Shown piece after piece: positions 45,578-58,470 of a stretch of 64,000 nucleotides of DNA. Source of the stretch: Marsupella aquatica (lineage: Eukaryota; Plantae; Marchantiophyta); contig OZ316892.1 in the NCBI GenBank assembly GCA_973895155.1, forward strand, positions 2,545,223 through 2,609,222, in the 5' to 3' direction. The number at the start of each line of letters is the position of its first letter. Positions within the stretch are counted from its first letter, which is position 1. The translations under genes and the position numbers were made by a program. Below the pieces are notes generated by a model. That model was not told where the DNA came from. It saw nothing but the letters and a program-made list of their open reading frames with translations, and did no database searches.

Positions 45578-48500
45578 ATGGCTTCTCCTGGTAAAGGGCC
45601 GAGCAGTAATGGATTCGGTTCTCCAGTCCGTTCGGATGATAGAGTGCTGGATGGAGGACAATCTCGGCAGCTTTCCATCCCCTCACCACCACTTAGCTCT
45701 GTGGAGTTCAAGAGCCCGGATAGGAGTTGGGATACTACGTCCGGTAGCTTCGACTCACCCAGGTCGTCAGTATCGACGTCATCGATTGAGTCGCCCTCGT
45801 CGTCCAACCTGATGAGGAGTCAGTCGGAAAAAATGAAGCCGAGGAGGAATCACAGTGCCTACCTTGATGAGGAAACAGGTAAGCTTCATTGGGCTCTGTT
45901 CAACCTTGAATTGCATGTTAGCTCGGGATTGGGAATTCGCATAAGTGCTTGAATGCGTTCCTCTCGAAATTGTTAATGGATGCTAGGGCATCTTGCTACA
46001 CGCGACTCCGTGACCTCTTGGGTCATAGGTCGCAGCTTTGGATTGCCGTTGATGCCGTGGAAGTTTTCTTTAATTTCTTCGTCGTGATTATAACTGAAAT
46101 GGAGATCACTTGAGCACCTTCGATTGAATCGTGGAAACAGTAGAGCACTTTGGACTTCATGGAAGCACTTGAACTCACTGGATTTCATGGACAAGTTGAG
46201 CACGGTGAAAATTGTGAAATCACTTAAACTCCATATGTGTCTAAGATAGCTTTAGCACCGAATATCATGAGACTTTCGGTTTTGCCATAGCCAAAAATAC
46301 CGCTGGCCCGATCGTTCATGAATGAGTCTCTCGGCTATGGTCCTCTTCCACGAATGACCTCATTTCCTGACATCATACAGAGTTAGCAGAGCAGCTGTGA
46401 GTGATGTTGTTACATTGCAACTATTCTTTCTGACCCTTGTTGTGGAGAGGTCATCTAGGAAGGAAGTAACGGTTACTTAATTGACGATGAAGTATGATTA
46501 TCAGATACGGTAGCTTTTGGTCCCTCTTTGCTCGCTCTGATCTCAGATCCGAGAACTCGTAATTTCTTTTTTTGCGCTTTTAAAGATACGAAAGTGAGGA
46601 GTTCGGTGACAGGTATTCTGTAATTTATTGTTTCTCAGAAAGGATTGAAAAAGTTAGCCCACGTGACTCAGCGAATTGCTCGGTGGGGCCTGCGGGTGGA
46701 ACTTTTTAGAGTTCCACTTGCTGAGGCCCTACGGTTGAGATTTAGCGTGGTGGGGCTCTAAAGCTTTGGTGACTTGGCAATGACTTCCGTTCTAGGTTGT
46801 CTTCTTGCAAACTTCTGCTTCTAGCTGCCGTGGAACTGCAGGCTCCCATATCTTTCACCTTTCTGCACTTGTGTCTAGACCATGAGCATCAGTGTTCAAT
46901 AACATGTCACAAAAATCGAAAACTCCTGACTGTGCAGTCGCGAGCATCCTCATCAAGCTCAGCCAATCCAATGTCTCACCAGGGAAGAAGTTTTACCCAA
47001 AGATCCTATCATGCAATTTGCATGTGACTAATCAGGGATGGAATCTATTGATAACACAATTGGGGTATTTCTCTTCTTAAAGTATCTTTCTCGATTCCCA
47101 GGGAAAAAAAAAGTATCTTTCTCGAGTAGTAAGCACCTAGAGTAAACTCACTACTGGGGAATACAACCTCCATAGTTTATCTAGGAAAAACCAGCAGGAT
47201 CACGGTAGAATTAGATACAGATTTGGTCAGCACTGCGTGCACAGCAGCAGGAGGTAAGTGAGGATGAATGACTTGGACAAGCTGTCCCTTCTCCCGACGC
47301 GGCCCACTTTGAGGTGGCTTCTTCGACTGTCATGGCCTGACTAAGTTTGGGTTCCTGGGGCGCAGGAGGCCTGGGCCTAGCCCTGTTCGCCCGCTCCCAG
47401 CGCTTTTGCCCCGTTTGTGCTCCCTGGCAGGCTGGTTGCTGTTTGTCCCCTTGCCTTTTGTCGGAAAAGATTGAATCCATGTGAGAAGCTAGGAATTCTG
47501 CAACAATTGAATAAGGGTCCTCTTCCCGTCTAAAGGGTAAGGAGAAACTTCTCATTTATGAGATCGAACATTGTAGAAAAACTGAGTGCATTGTCTGGAA
47601 TTACATATGGATAAACCTACAGGAGCTCAACAGGAATTAGTGCATAGCCTGTATATATATATATACATGGATCGGGAAGGGGTGAAGTTGGACAGAGACT
47701 GCATCACACGCGGGATGAGTGGCATGGGGGCCATGAAATTACATTCTAAAAGGACTATTGGTATAAAGATTGTGAGTCCGAAAAGGGCTCGTAATGTTCC
47801 TCTCTGGTGTTTCTCCGGGCTAAAAGTATAATAAATCAACTACATAGCCTTCTAAGCAGCTCACTGCTGAAATGATTCTCTAGTCCTTAGACCTGCTACT
47901 AAGGCTACCCTACCCGTCCATGTTCTCTCGTTTCGGAATATGTTTCCAGCAGATATTCAAACTATCTGTTGAAGCATATGCTTGGTTACTTAATTTACCA
48001 GAGTTGGTCCTACTAGGTGCGTCACTGTTGCCTGCTAGACCTGTAATTTCTTCCGGGCTGGCATCTAGTGTCGAATTGAGCTGGGTGGCGAACTCGGATG
48101 TGGTACTCGTGTGTATATGCATTGATGTTTGGTTGACCATTGGCGCCGGGGCTGTTGGGCACTTGCAGGTACGTGGAAATGTCGTAATTGCGGTGGGACA
48201 TACGATGTCCCCAACCCTGGCTCACGTCAACGGCGAGAGCACAAGAAGGCTTGTGAGGAAACGCAGAGATTGCAGGCGATAAAGAAGGCTGAGCAGGCAA
48301 GAAGAGAGGAGGATGCTCGAGAGGCTGCCAGGCTGGCTGCCCTTCGTGAAAAAGGTCAGTAAAAATGACTTATGAACTCTCTGTACCTTAACATACGTGA
48401 ACACTTTAAAACCTTCATTATGGGACTTGAAATTCATCCTGACATAAAAAGACTTCACTTTTGTCAGTCACCATACGCATCTATCAAACCTCGGACCGAT

Positions 48501-50336
48501 ATGCCTACAATTGGGGAAGTTTATATGGAAATGGTGCGAATTTGTGCGGTTAAATACTGCTGTTTTTGGTATTTAAATACGAAGAATGTTAGAAATAAAG
48601 TAGAAGGTTATGTCTGATAGCTGGAATGGTAGGTAGGATTGAGCTAAGTTTAGACCCTATCAGCGAGGACGTTGAATCACGAAGGGACATTTTCTTGCGC
48701 ATTGTGTGATGGCTGACCCTTGTTCATTCACTGAACATTACCATGGCTGAGCTTTGTTCATTCACAGAACATTACCATGACCGATTGAAGTATTACTGTT
48801 CCATCTGAACGTATGAAGTTTTTGTCACATAATGTTTTTCGAGGTCCTTTCGGATTGATTGAGATTTCAACCCTGGACACCGATGATCTCCAGGTGCCTT
48901 CTTTTTATTTCAATCTCTGACTACTAGCTGGCATGGGTGGTTCAGGATTTGCTCAGGAATCAAGCAATCAAAACGAAATCCTCCGAGGAAGGAATACAGA
49001 CCACGTTCTCCAGAATGGCCATGGCACCGGCAGTAAAGTCACAGATGATCCTAGCATCATGGGAGCATTTAATACCACTCCTGACATCCCAGAAATAGAG
49101 GAGGTGAATTTCGAAGCGCCGAAGGAGTTGATCCATAACATAGAACGTGATTCAGCAGGATATCTACATGAAACTCAGACTTCGGATGCCCAAAGCAGCA
49201 GAATTAGTGATCAAGATGGCGCTGATGTGGACCGGACTAAGCGTGTCACGATGGAGGACAAGTTTCAAGAAACAGATCTTCCCTCTGAGCACGATCTGTC
49301 GGCAACAGACCAGGGCCCGGGAGGTAAAGCAGGTCCCCCTCTGAAAATTGAGCTCTCAGGAAAATTAACACCTGCAAACGGGAGCACCACACCTACTTCC
49401 ACTAAAGTTCGTCTGATTGGAAGTATTGATCCCCAGTGGATCGACAAGGCCAGTACTTCCCCGAACCCTCAAGCCTCTCAAGAACTTGAACAGGTGAAAT
49501 ATTGCAGCCCTATACGTTCCAACGGAGCACGTCTGGAAGGAACTGTCTATGACCGGCTGGTAGATCTTCACGATGACCCACAGGTAATGGTAACACGGAG
49601 TGCAAGCATGGGTCATGAAAGACTTGAAACTGCACGGATTGCAAGCTTGAATCATGGAAGGGATATAGCTGCAAAGGGAGTACAGTTTACCAGAGCTTTG
49701 AGCATGGATCGTTACGGAGTGGGAGCAACCGCGAGAGAGGATCCCACCAATAGAGGTGTTGCACAATTGGATCGTGGGAAAGAAGCAGCAGAGAGAGAGG
49801 ACCCCGGCAGCGATCCAAGCCCTGAGGCTTTGATAGAAGTATTAGTAGGTAGAAACCACAGCAGATCTTCAAGCTCGAATCAGGGAATAGAAATGGAAGA
49901 GGATCGTAGCAAAGCTCTGGTGAATGGCATCGGTGACAATAGAATTGGCTACCTCCCCAGAGCAGCCCCTTCAGTAATCAATAGTAGGAGGACACAATTG
50001 GAAAGCGCTCGAGCAGTAGGTAGCAGCAGAGAGCAGTCAGCTGGCAGCCCTCAAGCAGCAGCAGAAGCCAGCAGTAGTAAAGAATCACAATCACACAATC
50101 GACGAGGGGCTGGACCTAGTAGCAGGAATCATACAGACAACCCAAAAGAAGATGACAATTTGGTTGATATTATCGCTCGGAACCTGGGTAAATTTTGGAG
50201 GCATGGTGCTGCAGTTGGTGCTGTCATTGTAATTGCCTGGGTTGGCAACAGCTTGACCAACAATCATCAAGGACCTCGAGGACAAACACCTAGATGCAGA
50301 AGGGGTCACTGCCCATACTACTGGGATGACCAATGA
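45578..50336 (+). CDS. ~631-aa protein: Ser-rich N-terminus, C2HC zinc finger, short coiled coil, long disordered region, C-terminal transmembrane helix
   Basis: Exons 45578-45878 (|gtaag), 48169-48354 (gcag|...|gtcagt) and 48928-50336 join in phase 1/1. Exon 2 encodes WKCRNCGGTYDVPNPGSRQRREHKKAC. The C-terminus has GAAVGAVIVIAWVG and a short basic tail. Extra small exons in intron 1 cannot be excluded. Confidence 0.78.
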
Positions 50337-51055
50337 CAGCACTCCCACCTGTCTGAAGTAGGAGACAGCCCACCAAGGGTGATGATGCAGCCCTTTCACT
50401 TCTGATTGAACTGCTCTGGTGAGTGCACTAGATGCTTCAGCTTTGCACAAGGTTCGAACTGTGGCTGGCTGTTTTTGGTGAGTGTGAAAGGTGGGTTCGA
50501 ACTGCAGCTGGCTGTTTTTGGTGAGTGTGAAAGGTGGGATGGGTGGGGAACCCTGAGTACCCTTCAAAAAATCCGGCTCAGGTGCCTCACCACCTAGTCA
50601 AATCCCTGGATGGTGGGGGCTGCTTGGTGTACAATGGTGGGAGTGCTCGAAGTCCTGTATTCCATGGCCCTCAAGTAGGGTGGAGTGATTTTACCCTTGT
50701 ATCTCCAAAGTCTGTGGGGAAGATCACAGCCATTGAGGACCCTCAACTTTGACTTGGGAGAGGATGGCTATGGATGGCTAAGAGTTATTTTTCCATTCCA
50801 CCCCTTTGCCACCTGTTACCTTCCTTATCGTGATTGTGGAGGTAAGACTTTATGCACAGGAGAGAGGTGCACTGTTACCCAAATTTGGAGAGATTTGCAA
50901 ATAGGGGTGCAATGTAAGGGGAGGGGGAAATGGAAGACGGAACCTACAAGGACTGTTCCCTATCCCCTTAGCTCCCAAAAACTGCCTTGTGTGGATGGCT
51001 TGTCAAATCATCCACAGATGGCTTGCAACGTAGGAGTTAACCCTTGAGACTCAAT

Positions 51056-51436
51056 AGAGTTTTCCGTAAAAGTAGCCCATGAAAAGACATGCCACTCACC
51101 CTGTAATTCTAAAAGGCTAGTTACCTTGAAAGTAGAGCATGAACAGACTTTGTAGTCAAAACTCAAGGTGAAGTCCTACAGCTAATGATTTCTAGGGCAA
51201 CTCTCGACTCTCGTGAGCATTTCTGACATCCCTCACACGGTAGTTGCTGCCCACATCAAGATTACAGGGTGACTTAGGCATTGCCACCCCCGAAGATCAC
51301 TTTCCCGTTTTTGCCCTGGATTTTACTCTGGTGTATTTGAGTGCCGCTGCCACAAGCTAACTCACCCTGTGTTCAGCTCGCTCCTGCTTTTCACCCTGGG
51401 AACTCACCCCGTAAGTGAGCTTTTACGGAAAACTCT
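51056..51436. mobile_element. MITE, 381 bp, 17-bp perfect TIRs
   Basis: agagttttccgtaaaag / cttttacggaaaactct, flanked by AAT on both sides (or TA if the TIR is taken one base shorter). Internal ctcaccc motifs are repeated. Confidence 0.8.
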
Positions 51437-51862
51437 AATGTCTGAGATTTTTTGTCTGATGTTTAGGATAAGTTTTTGCCAGCTGAGAGCAAGATACACA
51501 TGGAACCTGGCCCTAAGTGACTAAGGTCCTTCTCAACAAATGCATGTACATTACTTTCTGATTTGAGGGTGTGGGAAATCTTCAGATTGTAACCACCACT
51601 AGCCATGACAAAACCTGGATTCACCAGGTTTTGGCCATTAATAGTACACTTTTCTTGAAATTGTAAAAAAATTGGCACAAAAGAGGAGACAGAATCTGTG
51701 GAATGGAGAAGTCTTGGACCCTCCCCCCTTATATATGGCCCCCGGCAATATAAAGGAATTGTTGAGGTAAGGGAAAGTGTTGAAGGTTTGTGTTCCTTGC
51801 ATTCTATGCTTCTTCACATTGGAACCCTACTCTCAGGTAACAAAACAGAAGCCTGGTTTGAC

Positions 51863-52176
51863 AACCAACTGGTTGTGGTCAGTTGGCCAGGGGACGAGCT
51901 TAGAACCGAGCGATCCCAGGTTCAATCCCCCATCCACATGCAAGGGTTGTGGAGGGTGAGTGTGGGTGGGTGGGTGGGGTGTAGTGGTGAGAGTACTGGT
52001 AAACCCTTAACCCTGGCTAGTCCGCTTCTTGCTCTGGCCCACCCTCTCACCCTCCTTGTCTAGGGTATGACAACCCTTGTGGGCTACTCTAGGCTACTCT
52101 ACAGAAGTGCATGCTCCAGAGTTGACTGTCTATCCTCTGTTGGATGGGTCAGTTATTGTTTTTTTAAGGCAAAAAA
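51863..52176 (+). mobile_element. Full-length tRNA-derived SINE with a 16-bp TSD
   Basis: A-box TGGTCAGTTGG (51876-51886), B-box GGTTCAATCCC (51919-51929) and an A-rich tail. TSD agaagcctggtttgac (51847-51862) / agaagcatggtttgac (52177-52192). Confidence 0.88.
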
Positions 52177-53733
52177 AGAAGCATGGTTTGACCTGACCAA
52201 AGCCATAGTGGGATACTCTCAATGACAGAACATGAGCTTCACTTTGTGATGGAAATGTCCGGACTAAATGGAAGAGTTGGTAAGAAAATTGTCAGTAGTG
52301 CAAAAGATTGAAATCTTCTCTTGATGGCTCTGCAAAGTGGCACCTTCTTGGTGAAAAGTGAAAGCGGGCTTTGCAAACTCATGAGAGTAGACTCGTGAGG
52401 GTGGGGTGGTGCCAAAGATTTTAAAGTCAGCCTCCCTTTAATTAGTGATGGATATAAATGGGGGAATGCCATGTCTACCCTAATTACAAGTCTCCCCTAA
52501 GCAACTTTGAGGAGAAATACCTATTTGAGGAGAAGTACCTATTTGAGGAGCAAAGCCAAAATGAGTTACCCAGTGAATAGTTGACTGATTTGTCTCTACC
52601 TTAGTCCCCGCACTTAAAACTTAGAATCTAAAGCCCTCATGTGCCAGAAAACCCCCTACAGTAAATGTACTAGACTCATGTCTCAAAATCTCGGCCACAA
52701 ATCCAACTGTAATTGGAGGTGGCAGCTTTTTATTTGGTGTATAACTCATGGCAACTACTCTCTGGATGTCAAAGCACTCCTGCAATTGGGAGGTGCAACA
52801 CTTGACACCTCTTGACTTCTTGGCAGACACTAGCTTTGGTCCAAGGGAACCTTGGAACTAATAAGCAAAGCCTTTAATTATTAGCCATAGGCCTATATGA
52901 GGTACAGGCCCCAGATGAGGTAAACAATCCATGGACAGATGGGTGGATCACTAATTAGGATCTTGTGGTTACTCTCAATGCCTACAGCCTAAACCTCCAG
53001 GCCACTCTCCCAACCCCTCTCCCTCCATGGTACCAGCCCAAGAAGAGCATATTCAATTATCAAAGGTGGTATTCAAGTATACATGTTTACAGGGCATTGT
53101 GGGATATAGTGCCCCAAAAAATGAGAGCTTGAGCTTGAGTTAAGGGTTAATATTGCCCATAATGCTGTGATAACAGGACCTTAATACAGTTAAGGGCCTA
53201 GATATTTTTATTTGAACAATTTTAGTAAAGGTCGACTTTTGAAAACAATTAACAATTTTTGAAAAGTTTCCTGTACTTCATAATAATTAATATTTACATA
53301 ATTAGTCAAAGTAAAAATAGAATCAGATTGAGGAGACACTAAATGACGCACTATGTCACTCCATACTATGATACACCCAATTATTCATTTAAAATCACGG
53401 AGTGTTATTCATTGTGCACAACATATTGATTTATGATGACCGGGATGGGTGTAAAAGGTATAGTGGTCCATGAGGGTTACATGGTTAATAGACTTAAGGG
53501 CCTAAGATATTTTGGTTTTCACAATTCTAGTAAAAGTACAAGACTTTGATAATGAGCCCATTGACATGTTAATTATGCATTCTTCTCCAATATTGCCTTA
53601 AAAATTACAAAGAGAGAAATCACTAAGGACAGTAGGGTCAATTTTGTTGTTGAATTTTTTTGTGAGAGAGAAGGGTGTGTACCACATCCTGGTAATTGCA
53701 CATCAAAATGTGACTATGTACTGTAAAAACTAA

Positions 53734-54168
53734 AGCCCGGATGGACCTCGGATGGACCTCCACAATGTCTATGAAGCCATTGACTCAGATAATATTGTTT
53801 ACATTTTTTATTGAAATGTGACCTGTAAACAATCTTCTTACCATTTGCAGCCAGCTTCAATTATGTTACCCAACTGGTCTCCTCGATAGTTTGACGACTT
53901 GACTACCTTAAACATGAAAGACATCAAGACATCATGTCATATATTACTAAGGAACACTGGTTTTCAGTTGACCCACGTGAAAATTTCTAGGTGTAAAGTA
54001 GGGTGTAAAGTAAAATGACTTGACGTTTTGACTACTTTCTTCACGGGGTAGTCAAGTTGTTGACTGCGATACGCAACCGGTTCCTCTTTTTTGGGGGTGT
54101 AAAATCAGTGGTCACTTTACAGGGTCCATAGGGATGGACAGGGGACAAGAGCTCGGTCCATCCGGGCT
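53734..54168. mobile_element. MITE-like element with 14-bp TIRs (PIF/Harbinger-like), inside an older repeat
   Basis: agcccggatggacc / ggtccatccgggct, with flanks TAA and TCA (one mismatch). Confidence 0.55.
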
Positions 54169-54860
54169 TCAAATTCATGTACTATGTCATTCCATACCAT
54201 GATAAATCCTATCATTCATTTAAAATCGTTTGAAAGGTGTCAGGGTCTATGGGGGTTACATGGTTCGCTGGATTGGTCCATGGGAGTCCCTTTTCAATAA
54301 AACCCACTTCGCCTAAACCCTTTCCACAAACACGTGTTTCTCCACAATTTCCCGTACGCGGGAAACACACGTTGTCGGTGCCTCGAAGAAAAAAAGCTCT
54401 CTTCCGAAGAAAAGAGCGATTCTGTTCGCCCTCATGGGCGAATTTCGCCGACCCTCTTCCCCGCGAGACCACTCATTCTTCCCCATTCATTCCACCGGCA
54501 GCAGAGGGCCGAACGACGATGTGCCCAGCTGCGGCTGTCGAGTTCGGAGTGAATCTCACGTCTCCCGTTCTGTGATGGACTAGCTTTTGAGGACGTGTTG
54601 AAAGGGGATTTTTCTGAATTGGAAATCTTCTCGTGTACTGTAGTGAAATTATGATTTCTGGCGGACTCTCTTTGTGGGGAGAGTTCTTGATCTTCACACT
54701 AGAATCCCGACGGATTTGACAGCTCTGGGCCATTTTGGGGTTTTTGGGGCTTAGTTTTGTCACTATTTTGTTGCTCGAAGGAGATTGATTGATTGGAGGA
54801 TTGGAGAAATTGGTGGAATTGGGGGACTTGAAGAATGCGTTGGAGGATTGTGGCCGGTGA

Positions 54861-57800
54861 ATGGGGCCGTCGATGGCGCGACTGAGGCGCCTGCCGAGGC
54901 AGCTGACGATGAGGGTGCAGTTCGATCAGCACCGTATGCAGGCGTTGCTTCTGCTGCCGCTGTTTGTGATCATTTCCCTGTGCCTGCTGTGGCCCGCCCA
55001 TCCCGCCTCTTCAATATCTAAGACCGTGTATTTCGTGAGCATTGGAGATCATGGCACCGGCAAGCCCGACCAGCTTTCGGTTGCACATCAGGTGCAGTAA
55101 TTCTGCATCCAACCTTGCTAGAGAGAATCCCTTTTGCCTCCCTCTCATAACGCTTTGCCAACTTTAGGTTTTACTCTATTTCTTCCATTTGTTTGGAAAG
55201 TCGGTGCAAAACTGGAGAACTGGAAAGTTTGTCTCGATCGACACTTTGAATATGGGCGAGAGAAGAACGCGTGGGTTTTTCTTTCTTCCTTTTTCGGAAG
55301 ATCAGTGAAATTGTGAAGAAATGTGGAATAAAGTTTGGTGGGAATTTTTGAATTTTGGGAGGAGAAGAATGTTGGGTTATGTGTGTTTGACAAGTCATGA
55401 TAATGGTACAGATGGCAGACTTGGCAAGAAAACGCAATGCTCAGTTCGTGTTGACACTAGGAGATAATTTTTATCCCCGTGGAATCCAGGGGCTGGACGA
55501 TCCACTAATCAAGACCCACTTTGAAGTAAGCCATGATCTCTGAATCTGACAACTTAATTGGCTTTAAGAATTACATATGCTTGTAAAGTTGTTACTTTGT
55601 TTCATGTCCGCAATGTTGCACTGGATTGTCATTTGTAGTCATCAAGCTACTCTCCCATTCTTTGATGCAGTACAGTGTTGTTTTCGTTATCTTATTTTAG
55701 CGAGTTATGTTTGCTTGCAGGATATCTATGATGATGAATCTCTACAAATCCCCTGGTAAAAGTTCTTATCCGCCTGGCTCTTAAAGAATGAATTCCTGCT
55801 ACAACTGCCGCTGCGCCTGTGCCTTTCGGTTAATAATGCTTCTTTTGATCATGAAGCGTTCTGAGCAATTGCGTAGAATCCCTCCGGTTTGGAAGTGGCG
55901 GGCATCCCTATCTTTGCTTTGAGATTTTTTTCATAAAATGAGGTCGCCGGTGGAATTTCATTTTAGAATTGGTACAAATTCAGAAATTTGTCTCGACCGT
56001 GTTCGGAAGGAACATAGCAAGCTGTTTCTGTGCCACGGTAGATTTGTGAGACCTCATAGAATTCAGTACTCTCTATTTCTTGGCAGGTATGTGACGCTTG
56101 GCGATCACGATCACAGGGGAAGCGTTGCTGCTCAGATTGCCTATTCCAATCACTCTAAGCGCTGGGAGCTGCCTGGCCCATATTACGTAAAACATATACC
56201 ATTGGGTGGAAACCATCACATGGACCTTATTGTCACTGACAGTGTCGGACTTGAGGTACTGTAGGCTTATGAGCTCATGGATGTTTCCTTTTTTATTTTC
56301 ACTTAGAGGACCTTGGGAGTATCTGCTACTGAGAAAACCGATGAGATGCATTCCTTCTTGTGCTTTGTGGCGAGGTCTTACCTAACTGAGTGGGGCCACC
56401 AAGACTGAAGCTCCTCCCTCATCAGCTATGCTTTCTAAGTTTCAAGCTTTCTGTTTTGCTGTTTGTAGGGAGCTATCGCTGCTAGATATAATGAAAGCAG
56501 GCGGTTTGAGGAGGACTACACTGAGGAATTTGCGGGAAAGGAGGTGAGATTCCCAGACCCTGGTTCTAATGGGATGTGGCTTCATTATCCTTTTCATTAC
56601 CCATGCGAGAATTATGACCGTCATGGGACCTCAGTTCCTTATATGCACGCTGTGTAATGTCGTAGAAAGTAGCTTGAATTTGATTATGTTGCTGCTGTAG
56701 GAACAGTTTTCAGGTACTGTCATTTGCCCTGACATGACGTCAAGCTTATACCTTGGCCTTCGCTAGTTTTAGTGTCTACTGAAGTTTTGAGGTTTGTTTA
56801 TTTTAGGCTGGACAGAAGCAACTGGAGTGGCTAGCAGAAGTCTTGAGGACTAGCACAGCTGACTGGTAAACCCCACACCTCATATGGATTTTGTATTTTA
56901 CTTCACGCTCAAGCTGTCTGAAGTGGAGTACAAAGTAAGCCACTCTCATAGCTATGCGAGCTCAAACTTGATCTGGATGTGTATCGTGGGTGTTTTCTCA
57001 ATTTTCTACACAATTAAATGAAACAGGTCACTGTTTGCACCTTATGTCTCTTAAGCTATTGCTGACAGTTCATGGGCTTGAAAAAGGCGAATTGTCGTTG
57101 GACATCGTCCCTTGCAGAGCTGCGGGATTCGTGCACGCTTTTCAGTCGAAGAAAGACTCCGTAGCTTTCTTCTGCCCCTCTTTGTGCAGCATGGAGTGGT
57201 GAGATTCAATGACGCTTTCATGCTTTGTGGAAATAAGCTTTGACTCATGCCATGCTACGACGCTGCAGAATTAAAGCTCTTCGTTGGGCAGCAATGCACA
57301 AGAGGCATGATCTCAATCTAATAGAAGGTGTTGCGCAGCATGTGTATATGCATGGCCATGATCATTTGGCGCAGCATTTGGAGGATGAAGGTGTTGTTTA
57401 TATTGGCAATGGAGTGGGTGGTTTTGGAACTCACCGGGCCTCTCCTACAAACAACACAATCTGGTACAGGTCAGTTGCGCGTAGTTTCCCAGCATCCTGA
57501 GCACTATTGTTCCGTCCTAGTTAGAGGATCTGCACTTCACCATCAGAAACATTCAAGGTTCGTCCTCGCCTAGTTACAGGGTGCGAAGGAAGCCTGGATG
57601 TGAGTTCACCGCACTGGATGAATCTTGTTCTATTCTGTCTGCACCATTTTCTGTTTATTTGCAGAAGACTCCGTTCTCTATAATGAGTGTATGTTGCTCA
57701 ACTTCATGTCCTGGATGGTTGTCTGCAGGAATGATTATTTGGGATTCATTGTTCATAAAGTGACACCCTCACAACTGGTAAGCTCTATTTATTGTAGTTT

Positions 57801-58470
57801 ACCATTTGGCACGTAAGGAAGCTTGTGGCTGTTTGTCCTCGGAAAATGTAGAGGCCTTCACGGTGAACTTGGACTTATGATTCGTAGCAATATCTTCTAT
57901 CTATTTCCAGAATACCAAATCTAAGTCCAGGATTTTAAGATTTCGACGTTTTGAGCAGAGATAATATTTCCAGTTTTGTTTTTAGTACTCGATTTTAATT
58001 ATATTTTAATGCTGGTTCGACGGCTCCCGTCTGATTTGCTTTTGTGAATACACTGACTGCACATCTCTTCTTGTTTCACAAGTCATGAAGAAAACTTTAG
58101 GAAAACTGAACACTGCTGGAGTTTTAGCTCTCCCACTCCTCCCCCTGTGCGCCCACTCTTCTAACAGAATCAAATGCTGTGTTGAATCCCAAATATCCTG
58201 CAATTTTCCAACCAGTTTAGGATACAAACATGTTCTCACTTCTGACTAAGCTCGTGATTTCTCGGGGTTTCAACGATTTATTAGAGTGGAGTAGTATGTG
58301 GTGATGGAAAGCCTTCATCAACCTTTGGAGCCATTTCTGGCACGGTTCCCATCTCGGAACTTTCAATTTCTTAGCCTTGGTTGCTGGTGCAGGATTTCAA
58401 ATTCAAGAACAACAAGGGGAAGACTTTACATCAAATAAAACTCAGGCATGTTGATCAATCAGACATGTAG
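54861..58470 (+). CDS. Purple acid phosphatase (small, TRAP/ACP5-like metallophosphoesterase), ~350 aa, N-terminal signal/anchor, 10 exons
   Basis: Exons 54861-55091, 55412-55525, 55721-55755, 56087-56255, 56469-56543, 56807-56865, 57087-57198, 57339-57469, 57729-57777 and 58393-58470 (TAG). Metal motifs GDHG, GDNFY, GDHD, VVGH and GHDH. Hydrophobic stretch ALLLLPLFVIISLCLLW. The start could be 54861, 54873 or 54909. Confidence 0.9.
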
